Part shown: positions 35,901 through 45,974 of the stretch, one piece after another
Numbering within the stretch: position 1 is the first letter of the stretch
Layout of the letters: each line of letters opens with the position of its first letter
Assembly: GCA_951406725.2 (NCBI GenBank)
Contig: OX597814.1
Span: 77,562,001-77,626,000 of the forward strand
Direction of reading: 5' to 3'
Length of the DNA stretch: 64,000 nt
Source: Octopus vulgaris
Lineage: Eukaryota
The notes under the pieces: model-generated
Told to the model about the DNA's origin: nothing
Seen by the model: the letters and a program-made list of their open reading frames with translations, nothing else
The model's database searches: none
Program-made: the position numbers and the translations under genes

Positions 35901-37037
35901 ATGAACCAGCAAAGAAGCTTATGTAGAAGCTGTTTCACATTAGTTTCTTCACATAATATAACTAACTAGGCAAAAATTACAAGAAGGCAATGCAGTTCTG
36001 CCAAATATTTTGTAATATAAAAATGCTCCAGAAGCATTTCCAAAAACATAGTGTAATGATGGACAGCTAGCAAAGTCTAGGAACTGCTCATCAATTTTGC
36101 ATTACTACACCAAATTATGTTACTGTTGTACTTAGGGTTACATGGGCTTATCAGAATTAAATACCTTGACTTCAGACATGATAAAGCATTGGATTACATT
36201 GCTGAGTACTCTTATCAGTTAAGAAAAACCATCCCAGCTTTGAGCCTAAGAGCAAGTTCTTCTAAACTGTCTTGGCTCAGTGGATCCTAGTAATGAGTTG
36301 CATATAATGGTTAGTGTAAAATGGTTTATTCCTCGTTAACTTAATTAGGCATGTAAGACATGGATGTAAACAGTAATATCACTTAAGATATAAAGCACAT
36401 TGCTATGATAAAAATGATAGTGTTGAACAAGATGCTTTACAGTATTAAATGACAGCCTTCTACATTTTGAGTTCAAAAGCTATTGGGATTGACTTTGCAT
36501 TTTCATCCACATAGTGTCAATAAAATAAACCTGAACTAATATTAAAAAATTTTATTATCCAAAGCTAAGATGATATAATGGTAGATTGTAGAGGGCTATA
36601 CCAAATGTTTGATTACATTTCGAGTTAAAAAACCTTTGGTGTAAAGTTTACATTTTATCTCTCTCAGAATCAATAAAATAATTATTAGTTACATACTGGA
36701 CTGATTAAATCAACAACATCCACTCAGTCCTTACAAATTATGGTGTTTTGTAAATGCCAGAAATCATTATCCATGTAATGTGATATAGTAATAAAAAGGA
36801 AAAAAGAAAGCATCTTAATTATTTCCCTTGTAGTCATTGGCACACTTAATCTATTTATTTTGTTATTACAGGGGCGGCTACTTTGTGAAACCAGATGTAA
36901 TTGAGTTCTGGCAGGGGCAGACTAACAGACTACACGATAGATTACGATTTCGGCAAAAGTTGCCTAATGAAGTACTAGACCCAGAACTTAGCCATGAAGG
37001 TGAAGACGACTGGATTATTGAAAGACTTTCACCATGA
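5727..37037 (+). CDS. PNPO: pyridoxine/pyridoxamine 5'-phosphate oxidase, 8 coding exons (356 aa from ATG 5727 or 240 aa from ATG 6075)
   Basis: Exons 5727-6093, 18392-18415, 20063-20219, 24162-24261, 28747-28800, 30527-30655, 35613-35686 and 36872-37037. All introns are GT-AG with matching phases, total 1071 nt. Motifs [44 protein letters not shown] and [13 protein letters not shown]...ERLSP. Confidence 0.95.
7534..8836 (-). mobile_element. mariner (D,D34D-type) transposon, full length, frameshifted transposase 8669-7607
   Basis: TA TSD and ~32-bp TIRs (CGAGGGGCGTTCAATAAGTAATGCCCCTGACC), 1303 bp. Motifs [23 protein letters not shown] and [16 protein letters not shown]. Confidence 0.95.
9045..9465 (-). 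mobile_element. non-autonomous Helitron
   Basis: On the minus strand: A|TC start, subterminal GC hairpin cccgggcaacgccggg, CTAG|T end. The 5' ~200 bp are shared with 52486-52873. Confidence 0.8.
9913..10074. mobile_element. small MITE-like inverted repeat
   Basis: ~32-bp TIRs gcattaactaataatggaccactttaaatcat / atgatttaaagtggttcattattagttatgc. Confidence 0.55.
10741..11338 (-). mobile_element. 5'-truncated RTE/RTE-X LINE inserted in the Helitron
   Basis: RT C-terminus [20 protein letters not shown]...[11 protein letters not shown]. 12-bp TSD TCACCGGGTACT at 10729-10740 and 11339-11350. Confidence 0.85.
11380..11610. repeat. degenerate tandem repeat (~150-bp period) in the Helitron 3' region
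   Basis: cattctcag..g.tgtaacaatca.a.gtaaagt..ccctgaaaaa occurs twice, with ~50-bp subrepeats. Confidence 0.6.
14855..15253 (+). mobile_element. SINE family 1 inserted in the Helitron Rep domain
   Basis: Full-length copy that splits the GRVCIL / FKGSP stretch of Rep. Confidence 0.9.
16730..18295 (-). mobile_element. Penelope-like element 3' part (GIY-YIG endonuclease), with a SINE fragment at about 18085-18250
   Basis: [11 protein letters not shown]...[23 protein letters not shown] (CCHH-associated Cys motifs plus GIY-YIG). A ~130-bp direct repeat lies at 16995-17123 / 17221-17370, and a hammerhead-like motif at the outer end. Confidence 0.75.
18392..18415 (+). CDS. PNPO: PNPO exon 2 (24-nt microexon, DDDQKDIQ-N)
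   Basis: tttgttacag|ATGATGATCAAAAAGATATTCAAA|gtgagt. It gives DIQNMRKPY, comparable to vertebrate DLGPMRKSY. Confidence 0.75.
18556..18772. mobile_element. piggyBac-like MITE, second family
   Basis: ctttagcatt...aatgctaaagga|ttaa; a related copy in reverse lies at 49152-49353. Confidence 0.6.
19290..22655 (+). mobile_element. cluster of SINE family 2 copies (about 19290-19505, 20330-20488, 20688-20855, 21335-21550, 22488-22655)
   Basis: Shared core ttctgagttcaaat...gactttgcctttcatcc...gataaaataagtaccag...caggccttgtgcctatagtagaaagg. Confidence 0.75.
20063..20219 (+). CDS. PNPO: PNPO exon 3
   Basis: [51 protein letters not shown]; ag/gtaagc borders. Confidence 0.95.
23170..23970. mobile_element. 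rearranged Penelope-like fragments
   Basis: The minus strand gives [23 protein letters not shown] (GIY-YIG). The adjacent plus strand gives [17 protein letters not shown] hammerhead-like motif lies at 23921-23967. Confidence 0.6.
24162..24261 (+). CDS. PNPO: PNPO exon 4
   Basis: [33 protein letters not shown], containing FMN-binding motifs. Confidence 0.96.
26345..27125 (+). mobile_element. 5'-truncated CR1-clade LINE
   Basis: [49 protein letters not shown] and [15 protein letters not shown], with one in-frame stop and an AT-rich tail. Confidence 0.9.
28747..28800 (+). CDS. PNPO: PNPO exon 5
   Basis: [18 protein letters not shown]; ttttcag/gtaagt borders. Confidence 0.95.
29668..29992 (-). 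mobile_element. tRNA-derived CORE-type SINE (family 3)
   Basis: Minus-strand tRNA-like head (gagttcaatacc) followed by a CORE-like stretch ttgagcaaaacgctttatttcacattgctccagtccactcagctg. Confidence 0.65.
30527..30655 (+). CDS. PNPO: PNPO exon 6
   Basis: [43 protein letters not shown]. Confidence 0.96.
30921..31518. mobile_element. inverted pair of SINE family 1 copies (3' half on minus 30921-31135; full copy on plus 31137-31518)
   Basis: Both match the family 1 consensus, in opposite orientations. Confidence 0.8.
31814..32436 (-). mobile_element. RTE-related SINE-like element with an expanded 60/61-bp tandem array (31998-32436)
   Basis: (GAT)n tail and ttaggaagggcatccagccgtagaaac core, with 7 full units plus 1 partial unit alternating A/B. 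Relatives at 37945-38370 (+), 51851-52150 (-), 39235-39400 (-) and 61415-61625 (+). Confidence 0.8.
32474..32670. repeat. long palindrome (~88-bp arms); a further diverged right-arm copy at about 32700-32810
   Basis: ttttatgagctactaatagtttcat...cagtcctcaggct / agcttgaggattg...atgaaactattagtagctcataaaa. Confidence 0.9.
33739..33931. mobile_element. piggyBac-like MITE (same family as 3871-4091)
   Basis: TTAA|CACTTTTGTTAC...TCAAAAGGG|TTAA, with internal similarity to 3871-4091. Confidence 0.7.
34095..34528 (-). mobile_element. SINE family 1 containing an inverted tail piece (about 34162-34222)
   Basis: Minus-strand copy interrupted by plus-strand ggtggtgctccagcatggcc...aagtaaaagagtaaagag. Confidence 0.75.
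35613..35686 (+). CDS. PNPO: PNPO exon 7
   Basis: [25 protein letters not shown]; phase-2 donor gtatga. Confidence 0.92.
36872..37037 (+). CDS. PNPO: PNPO exon 8 (last)
   Basis: [23 protein letters not shown]...WIIERLSP-stop, with AATAAA motifs about 45-85 nt downstream. Confidence 0.97.
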
Positions 37038-37944
37038 AAGAATGAAGAAAAGTTACATTATTATTTTCATTAAAAGAAAAAAATAAATTAGTCTAAAAGA
37101 AAAATTTAGTGTGCTTGTGAATAAATTTATGAAATATCAAATTTAATTTTCATCTTATTTTCTCTGGTCTTTTTAAAGTATATAACTGTGATACAAATAA
37201 TTTTTTCATGTTTACTAATAATTACATAAGTTGATCTCATATCTATTATATATTATTCGTTTCTGTAGTCAAGGCTATTCTTGCGTAGCTTCAAATTAGC
37301 CCTGACTAAGCAGATTCATGATCAAGGCATTTAAACCATGTACATTTTTGTCCTTTCCTCAAATATTGCATATCTAAGACTGCAGTGTACAATGTGCCCC
37401 TCCCTTTTCAAATATGAAGGAGATTTGTTTATAGTAAGTTGAATGACATTGTCCCCATAAAACCTTGTTTGTTTTTAATAGATTAAATTGGAAAACAATC
37501 AAGAATATGTTTTATTCTTAGTGATTTTTTTTTTACTTTTATTGCTATTAAAATGAAATTAGATAATTTGTCCTGACTGGAGGCTCAGTGGTGTACATCT
37601 TATTATCAGCTGTGTAATGTGTCTTAAGCAAAGACACTTAAGACATGAAGTGTTGCTCACAGCTGTAATGGGAGACAATGCTTTTCCAAGGAAAAGGGGC
37701 TCTCTACAGCTTAACTTAAAAGGTAAAACTTATAACTGAAACATTTGTTATTACTTGTTGGTAATAATTATGGAAATAAAAAAAAAATTAATTTTTTTTT
37801 TGTGATGTGTTTTAATTCCTGATATGAGGTTTTGAAAGACTTTAATTGCAAAGTTTATGAAGACTGAGACTTGAATTAAAAGACAGAAAATCAAAAATCA
37901 AAAAATCAAAATCAAAATCAAATCAGATATCAGAAAGCAGAACC

Positions 37945-38370
37945 GAAATCGAAGTCGATCAACATCAATGGAAATTGTGGCTGTGATACCAGTGCCAGTG
38001 ACAAGTAAGCGAACCATCCGATTGTGGCCGTTGCCAGCGCCGCCCCGACTGGCCTCCGTGCCGGTGGCACGTAAAAGCACCATCCGTTCGTGTCCGTTGC
38101 CAGCCTCACCTGGCCCCCGTGCCAGTGGCACGTAAAAGCACCATCCGTTTGTGGCCGTTTGCCAGCACCGTCTGGCGCCTGTGCGGGTGGCACGTAAAAA
38201 GCACCCACTACACTCGCGGAGTGGTTGGCGTTAGGAAGGGCATCCAGCCGTAGAAACACTGCCAGATCAGACTGGGCTTGATGCAGCCTTCTAGCTTCAC
38301 AGACCCCAGTTGAACCATCCAACCCATGCTAGCATGGAAAACGGACGCTAAATGATGATGATGATGATGA
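37945..38370 (+). mobile_element. RTE-related SINE-like element (about 3 internal units)
   Basis: Same family as 31814-32436, preceded by (AAATC)n-like repeats and ending in a (GAT)n tail. Confidence 0.8.
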
Positions 38371-41300
38371 GAGAGAGGAGGAGGAGGAAAGAAGGTGAAC
38401 TAAAGAAAAGGATCACACTAGCATTGAAGCAGGACGTCAAACAACACGACGATGAAGTAATTTTCTTCATTCAAGCCCTTTTCTCATAGTTCTAGGTTGC
38501 AACCACAATCCGGTGTGTTTGTGTACTTATAAAGGCAAGTGTGACGTGCTTTGTTCATTACATTTCCCTGGCCATTGCCTTCACAAGACAATATATGGAG
38601 CAGCTGCCATCACAGTTTATTGAATTCACTATTAAGGATGTCTGGAATTTCTTTCTTTTAGCTACATTGTAAGCAAGCCTGGTGCAACCATCTGGTTGCC
38701 AGCCCTCAGTCAAAATCGTCCAACCCTGAATATTATTATCGTTAAGTAAACATGAAATAGATTCTCTCTTCACTAATTAATGCTTGTAATACTGTTTTTA
38801 CTATAAGCACAAGGTCTGAAATTTTGAGGGAGGGTACTAGCCATTTCATCAACACCAAAGGGATGAAAGGTAAAGGTGACCTTGGTGCAATTTGAACTAG
38901 GACCATGAAGAGCCAGAAGTTTAATGCTTGTAATATTAAAATTATTAAAAGTTACATTTATAAGTTCAAGAATTCTACAGCAAGTTAATTATAAATTAGT
39001 AGTTAAAATTTTAACAAATCCTATAACACATTATAAACAACAATAACCCTATTGCTCTTATTCTGTCTTAATGTGTATAGTATTAAATTAATTACTGCTG
39101 GATGTTACAATTTACTGAAGATTTGTTACATTTCTAGACAAGAAAATTATATTTCCCCTCAGTTTATCTAGCTGGAAACTAGGTACCAAATATATCCAAA
39201 ACAGTACCTGCGATAAGTTAGTATTCTATTCATCAACATTTTAACTTCCATTTTTTATGCTGGCATGGGTTGGATGGCTTGACAGGAACTGGCAAGCTCA
39301 CAGGCCACATCAGGTTTCATAGTCTGTTTTGGATTGGTTTCTAAGTCTGGATGCCCTTCTTAATGCAAACCATTTTAGAGTGTACTAGGTGCTTTTTACA
39401 TGACAGAGCACCCATACCAATACTTTTCCATGGTATCTAGGTTTTAGGATCTCAATTCTAATGTAGTATATATTTGTCTCACATCCACTGAATAGTATAT
39501 AAAGTTAGATGTTATATGAAATATAACACAGTTAGTGCTGGTCCACTTTGCTGTAGGAAGGAAAATTACAGGAGGTCAATTATCAAGTAAGTACTTGCCA
39601 GAAGAGGAAATCTCAACATAATTCTATTGTCTAGAGATTATTATTGCAGAAGTGGAGACTATTCTTAATGCACAATTATTTGACTGCATAACATTCCAGC
39701 ATTTCTTAATATTCATAATGGTAGGGATACTGGTGTATAATGCAACCCTTCCATGTGAGTTAAAAACACCATAACAATACAATATTGTTTTGAATATATG
39801 TAAAGTGTTTCCTGACTCAAAGCATTAAAAATAAAACGCACAGAAAATATTTGTTTCTAATTTAGTCAAGGGGGTAACAATTTGTTGATGACATCAAACC
39901 CAACACTTGGACTAGTATATTTTCTTGACCCTGGAGGGATGAAAAGTAAAGTTGCCCCAGGCAGGATTTAAACCGAGATTGTAAAGAGCTGGAAGAAAAT
40001 CTGCAAAATATTTTATTCATCACTAACGATTCTATCAATCAACCATCCTAAAATCCCAAAGAAATATTGGTTTCAAATTTTGGTACAAGTGTAAGGACAG
40101 ACAAAATGCCGCTAACCATTTTGCCTGGCATGCTAATGATTTTGCCAGCTCACTGCCCTACTCAAACGAAATATTAGAAAATGGAATTTAATAAGGAGTT
40201 TGAAATAACAGAACAGTCAATGAAGTTATTTGTGATATGTTTTAATAAATATCTTAATGAGAATTAACTTTTATATTATTTCAATACCACAGACATCAGC
40301 TACAGTTAGTAGTTGAATTGTATACAAGACTTTAATGAATTTATACAAGTGATGAGAGAGACATGAAAGTATTATTCAATAGTTTTTCATTGAAGTCATA
40401 GCAGAAATAGTTATCAAGTAACAGTGAATGTCTGAATTGGTAACTTAAGAGAAAAGAGACATAAGGAGAATTTCTAACAATTAAAAAAGCTCCAATGTAA
40501 ACGATTAAAAAAGTGATTGAATCTAGAATATCTCTGCCATTGATGCTGCTTTTGTCTTGCTGTGAAGCAGAATGTAATGGTATTGGCCTTAAAATTCCTT
40601 ATTCAATTGTAATGTACAATAGTCCATTTACAAGTCAATAGTTTTTTAAAATTTAACAATACTTTTGATAAATAAACTGATAAGTTTTCCTCACAACCAT
40701 GTCTTGATCCTTACAATACTGAAACTAGGCAGGATTTGTTTGTTCTTTAAGTTTTCTCTTCAACACTTTTATCATTGGTTATCAATAACATACAAGACAC
40801 AAACACCTACAAATATATTTTAAAGTACTGGTTTTTGTATATAGGCTGGTCCATTCTATTTCAATAGATTAATCATACTTCACTTAGGAAAAGTTTTGTA
40901 TTTACTAATAATCTTCTGACACATGCTGACTGAAGGAAACAATGTACTCTCAACTCTGTGAATCTCCTCTCTAATATATTTCCTGGCCCTGTCTCTCACC
41001 AAAATATTTTGACTAGAAAACATTGGTTTTTTTTTTAATGTTAGCACAAGATCCCTAATAAGTTGTAGCTCCTTAATTTATCAGACACCAAAGAAGTAAT
41101 GAAGTTAGTTTCACTTCTGAATATTAACAATACCTGAATACATCTCACTAATCTCCCATGGAATCATTTCAGAACAGCAATTAGAATTAAAAATAAAAAA
41201 AATAAAAATATATCAAGAAACAACTCAATTTTCAAATGTGGTTCACTATAAGTTCATTTTCCAATTTGTAAGATGGTTACCTTATTCTTTTAGCAAATTA

Positions 41301-41479
41301 CTTTTGTATTCTATGATTAAGTAATGAAAGTAAATCAGAAGAGATAACAAAAGAATCTATTTTAACAAAGCAGTTTAAGATCTCATTTAAAATTTCCTTT
41401 TATATGTTATGAGAAAAAAAAAACATACTTATAAATAAATATTCCTAAATATTTAAAGTATGCAACTGGGAACTATTGT

Positions 41480-44400
41480 TTAGCAAATATCTGCTTGTAA
41501 TAAATCAATAACTGACAATATTGATTTATCTTGATAGAAATCAGCTTTGGGGTCATCTAATTTTTGCTTTAAAAGTTCATTCAATAGGTTACGAAGTTCT
41601 TTGAAGATGACAGCAGTCCGAGCTCGTGACTTAAATATAATCCATTTGTCAACGCTTACAGTTTGCTGAATATGTTGTACAACTACATTGTGACCAAAAA
41701 GCAATAAGGGAAATGGAGAGACCAATGTGCAGTCTCGAAGATATACCTGTGATTGCTTGGTTTTCTCTTGATATAGCATATAGCCTTGTGCCTGTAGTGT
41801 TCGATTGACTGAGCTAGGATGGATAAATGCATGTCCTTGAGGTGTCTCAGCACCACATATCCGACTTGTACCATCCGGATCTTTCTCTGAACAAACTTTT
41901 GCCACATTTGGATATAATCCAGCAAGAATGACTGCCTTAATAACAGCACATGATTTTGGATTTAAATGAACTCCATCAACAGAATCTGGATCTGTCAGTA
42001 GTTTCTCATCCTGTCGACTTAAGAATCCAATAGATTTGATAAGCTTTATAAGATCTGTCTTTACATTTTCAATTTCAATAAGAGATTTTCTTTTTAGATA
42101 GTTCTGCATGCAGAATGCATTTTCTGCCTGAAACCCACCTTTGCGGGCAGTTTTCCATCGAGAATAAGCATTATAAATAGTGAGATGATCAGAGCAAGCT
42201 GTTGATAAATTCTGCTTAGCCATATTAGCTTCCGACCTTTTTTCAAGTGGAACTACAAATGGAGATTTTCCACTTACTGCAGCAGCAATGACTGCTGCAG
42301 GTTCAAGACAACCAAACATTGCTCCAAAAATAAGCATTTTACCAATGGAAACATGTACAGGAAGTGCTGCTAAATGATATCCAAGTGGTGTTAACACTTC
42401 TCCTTCACAAGCCCCAACCTCTTCAAGAATCATCATTGCTCTAGAGATAGATTGTAGCTGAGGTGGATCAAGTGCAAGCTGGAGAAATTCCTCTGGTTTG
42501 CCTAGGTTACATTTCATGATATGTAAACAGAGCTCTTCGAGAGCAACTCGAAGAAGCTCAGGAACAGTAAACTCACGAAATTTCATATAATTATCTTTGG
42601 TATAAAGTCGATAGCAAATGCCATTGCGTACTCGCCCAGCACGACCGGACCGTTGTTTAGCACTAGCTTTACTAACAAAAACTTCTTCTAGAGCATTCAT
42701 TCGACTTGATTCAACGTATCGATTCTCTTTTACTTTACCAGCATCAATTACATACACTACATCTGGAATAGTAACGCCAGTTTCAGCAATGTTTGTAGAC
42801 AGCACAATTTTTCGAATTCCCTTAGGTGGAGACAGAAATGCAGTGCTTTGGTCTTCAGATGACAAAACAGAATGTAGAGCAAGCACTTTAAATCGTCGGG
42901 GATTAGCAAATTTGCGATCACTTTGGAGCAATTCATAGAGCTCTTGTATATTTGCTAATCCTGGAAGAAATATCAGAATGGCACCATCAGTAATTTCCCC
43001 ATGTTCATCTATGTAGTTAAGTAAATGAAGAATTAGATCCAAATTAATTTTGTAAGGTTTCATTCTAGTAACAGTTAGTCGAGTATGTTTGCTATATTTG
43101 TCTCTGTCAAGTCCACTTGCATCAATGATATCTTCCTTTGACCAATACAGATCTGTTTTCTGCTTAGTTCCTCCAGTGCCAGTGATTTCAACACTTGTTT
43201 TCTGCTCATCACGGAGCATTGCTGCTGGGATGCAATAAGGAGAATCTTCTTCCAAGACATAATTGTTCATTTCTATGATGTCTTCTAAATAGAAAACATC
43301 AACAGGAAATGTTCGGCCTGGAATTTTAATGATAGGACAATGGTTGAAGTAATCAGAGAGGCGGTTACAGTCAATAGTTGCACTCATTAATATCACTTTA
43401 ATGTCATCACGTGACTCAAGAAGTCTTTTCAGAATAATCAAAAGAAAGTCTGATTGCACTGTTCTTTCATGTACTTCATCAACTAAGACGTGGGTGACAT
43501 TTTTAAAACTAGGATCAGAATGTAACTGACGCAGCACAACACCTGTAGTACAATAAGTTAAACAAGTTGTAGGACAGCATTTAGACTCAAATCGGATTTT
43601 ATAACCACAAAAGGAGTTTGGTGAACCAGGCAGGTCGTCTCCTAGCTCTTGAGAAACCCTGTTTGCAAGACTCACAGCAGAGATTCGACGTGGTTGAGTA
43701 CAAATGATATTACAGGTTTCTCCACACAAAATTCTATCTTTAAGTAGGAAATGGGGAATTTGTGTGCTTTTTCCACTACCAGTTTCTCCAGCAATCACAA
43801 CAACTTTGCTGCGATCAATTTGAGCAAGTATGTCTTCTCTATATGCAAATACAGGTAGTGATTGCCGTTGATTTAAATATTCATTATATTTCTTACTGTT
43901 TATCTTTTTCAAAAATTTGCCTTTAATTTCATTAACCCTAGGCTTCCAAACAGTTTTTTTCTCTTTGGATTTTTCTTCAATTTCTTCAGAATCATCCACA
44001 TCTGCTAAGAACCAGTCATCACATACACTGTCATCACTGTTATGCTCATCTGAAGGTTTTTCAGCTTTAGATTTGGAGAGCGTTGGGGCTAACTTGAGTT
44101 CTTTCAGCAATTTTGCAACAAGGGTATCTCTGGGTTTGTTATTAATTTCTTGAGCTCTCTGTTTACTAATTCTTTCTGCTTCCATCCATTCTAGCCATAA
44201 ATCTCGATAAGGAGGTGGAAGTAACTGATAGATTGGTTGTCCTCTGCAGAGATTATAGAGTAATAGAGTAGAGCCAACATGTTCAGCTTCTTTTACAGAG
44301 GGGCAAAGAATATCTGGTATAACAGTAAGTAGCGAACCATCTTTCTTGGTAATGGAAGATTTGCATTTGTAAAAGTTTTTCACATGGACTCTTTCATAAT

Positions 44401-45574
44401 GGGCTAAGTCACTTTTAGGGAGGTTTTTCCGAGTCCAGTCATTAAGGAATTGTTTAGGTGATTTCCCAGTCCATTGTTGTTTTGTGTACTCAAAACTACG
44501 GCTAACTATAGGTGATTCTCCTTTCTTTTTCTCAGGCAAAGGTTTTGATGCATCACCAATTGCCATATTCTCTAACATATCAAGAGCAAGATCTTCATCA
44601 CTAGCTTTCTTGGCGGATTTTGACTTTGCTGTTACTGGTGTGCTTTTTGATACATCTGAGTTGCAGCTAGCCTTAGACAAAGCTTTATTAGTTCCAGCAC
44701 CTGAACTAGCATTTGATATGGTCAAACTCGGAGGTTGTACTTTGGAAGGTTTAGGTTCAGGTTTGGCGGGTGCTAAAAGAGAAATTCCAGCAAGTTTACG
44801 ATCAAAGCCTGAATGGGTAGCTAATTCGTCCATATCTAGCCGCATTTGCCGGATCTTTTTTGAGTATTCTCTCTGCTTTTCTTTGTTTCCAGATTTCTTC
44901 GCTTGTTCAGCGAGTACTATTGTAGAATCTAAAGAAGAACTTAAAGCTTTGTATTTTATATTTGGATCTATCGGTGCAGCGTTTTCTTCTAAATCACTGT
45001 CAGATTCTTCTTCGGCATACTGCATAATCCAGTTTTTCACCCAGTCTTTTTTTCCACCTTCTCCCTCAGGCAAACGGCTGTCCTTATTCTCACTTGTTTT
45101 TTGGACAGGTTTTTCAACTACTTGATAACCAGAAGAAATTTGCGATTTATCTACCTGCTCTTCTTTAAATCCTGGTCGCCTCTTTATTTCTTCTCTTTTT
45201 AACGCTTCGGAAAATTCTGAAGGAAGATCGTCATTTGCAATATTGAGACAGAGCCAGTCCAGCGAATCAACAAGATCACCGCCGTATATCAGTGTGCTCC
45301 TCATAGCAGACTCTATCTGGTTGTGTTTGAACCCGGCACGCGCCAAACAAGTATATACATCCGTCAGTCTTTTTGTTGTCATTCTTTCACTGACGTCTTT
45401 TACAAGTTTTTTACTCTTTTTCCAATCAAGTATCATCGTAATCAATTTTTTTTCCATATTGGCATTTAGTATAATCTTTGGCGTTGAATCATCGGAATTA
45501 TCAACATTGTCAGATTTAGTAAATTTATAATTTTTCGTTACCTTTTCTTGATCCTTCTGCTTTTTCTTCCCCAT
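41480..45574 (-). CDS. DHX29: ATP-dependent DEAH-box RNA helicase DHX29, uninterrupted 1364-aa CDS
   Basis: The first ATG (MGKKK) is at 45574; the ORF-track start at 45607 is a TTG. Motifs GETGSGKST, TQPRRISA, DEVH, MSAT, STNIAETGVT, QRSGRAGR and the HA2/OB fold are present. DHX29-specific N-terminal segments are TLIYGGDLVDSLDWLCLN and FEYTKQQWTGKSPKQFL. Confidence 0.95.
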   Translation of the reverse strand: MGKKKQKDQEKVTKNYKFTKSDNVDNSDDSTPKIILNANMEKKLITMILDWKKSKKLVKDVSERMTTKRLTDVYTCLARAGFKHNQIESAMRSTLIYGGDLVDSLDWLCLNIANDDLPSEFSEALKREEIKRRPGFKEEQVDKSQISSGYQVVEKPVQKTSENKDSRLPEGEGGKKDWVKNWIMQYAEEESDSDLEENAAPIDPNIKYKALSSSLDSTIVLAEQAKKSGNKEKQREYSKKIRQMRLDMDELATHSGFDRKLAGISLLAPAKPEPKPSKVQPPSLTISNASSGAGTNKALSKASCNSDVSKSTPVTAKSKSAKKASDEDLALDMLENMAIGDASKPLPEKKKGESPIVSRSFEYTKQQWTGKSPKQFLNDWTRKNLPKSDLAHYERVHVKNFYKCKSSITKKDGSLLTVIPDILCPSVKEAEHVGSTLLLYNLCRGQPIYQLLPPPYRDLWLEWMEAERISKQRAQEINNKPRDTLVAKLLKELKLAPTLSKSKAEKPSDEHNSDDSVCDDWFLADVDDSEEIEEKSKEKKTVWKPRVNEIKGKFLKKINSKKYNEYLNQRQSLPVFAYREDILAQIDRSKVVVIAGETGSGKSTQIPHFLLKDRILCGETCNIICTQPRRISAVSLANRVSQELGDDLPGSPNSFCGYKIRFESKCCPTTCLTYCTTGVVLRQLHSDPSFKNVTHVLVDEVHERTVQSDFLLIILKRLLESRDDIKVILMSATIDCNRLSDYFNHCPIIKIPGRTFPVDVFYLEDIIEMNNYVLEEDSPYCIPAAMLRDEQKTSVEITGTGGTKQKTDLYWSKEDIIDASGLDRDKYSKHTRLTVTRMKPYKINLDLILHLLNYIDEHGEITDGAILIFLPGLANIQELYELLQSDRKFANPRRFKVLALHSVLSSEDQSTAFLSPPKGIRKIVLSTNIAETGVTIPDVVYVIDAGKVKENRYVESSRMNALEEVFVSKASAKQRSGRAGRVRNGICYRLYTKDNYMKFREFTVPELLRVALEELCLHIMKCNLGKPEEFLQLALDPPQLQSISRAMMILEEVGACEGEVLTPLGYHLAALPVHVSIGKMLIFGAMFGCLEPAAVIAAAVSGKSPFVVPLEKRSEANMAKQNLSTACSDHLTIYNAYSRWKTARKGGFQAENAFCMQNYLKRKSLIEIENVKTDLIKLIKSIGFLSRQDEKLLTDPDSVDGVHLNPKSCAVIKAVILAGLYPNVAKVCSEKDPDGTSRICGAETPQGHAFIHPSSVNRTLQAQGYMLYQEKTKQSQVYLRDCTLVSPFPLLLFGHNVVVQHIQQTVSVDKWIIFKSRARTAVIFKELRNLLNELLKQKLDDPKADFYQDKSILSVIDLLQADIC

Positions 45575-45854
45575 CTTTAAAATTTGGATATATTTATCAA
45601 CACGCAACTTGCAGATTAAGCTGAAGTGAGTAGTTTACTTTTGTTTGTGCAATTATGAAGAATCAGTAATCTCCCTTTAAAAAAGATCACCGTTTACTAT
45701 AGTTTTGAAATACAATTAACTATAAAGTCAATGCTAAATACTTTAAAGAAGAAAATATTTTTAATTAATAAGTTCTTCGCAAACTATTTTATTTTTATGG
45801 CACCAATGACATTTTTTTGCTATAATTTTTAATAGCAATATTTCATTGAAAATT

Positions 45855-45974
45855 ACTTACTCGTTTTCCGTCCATCTACAGCGTTATTTTATATCAACGT
45901 TGAAACTTCGTGACATTACGTTCATTGACGTAAATTCTCGTCAGTCTTTCCTTTTCCGGTTGCCCGTGTGTAAG
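45855..45974. promoter_or_regulatory. bidirectional promoter region, DHX29/RPL27
   Basis: Plus-strand TCT/5'TOP start (gtCTTTCCTTTTCCGG, C+1 at about 45946), minus-strand GTAAGT donor at 45860-45855, and a CRE/ATF-like TGACGTAA at about 45926. Confidence 0.65.
45946..45974 (+). other. RPL27: RPL27 non-coding exon 1 with 5'TOP tract
   Basis: CTTTCCTTTTCC pyrimidine tract typical of ribosomal-protein mRNA starts; donor AAG|gtaatg. Confidence 0.8.

Noticed and set aside
44484-45125. 213-aa plus-strand ORF (and 42618-42938)
   Set aside because: Antisense shadows of the DHX29 coding strand.
45575-45607. ORF-track N-terminus MRVDKYIQILK of DHX29
   Set aside because: It starts at TTG; the first ATG (MGKKK) at 45574 fits the family N-terminus.
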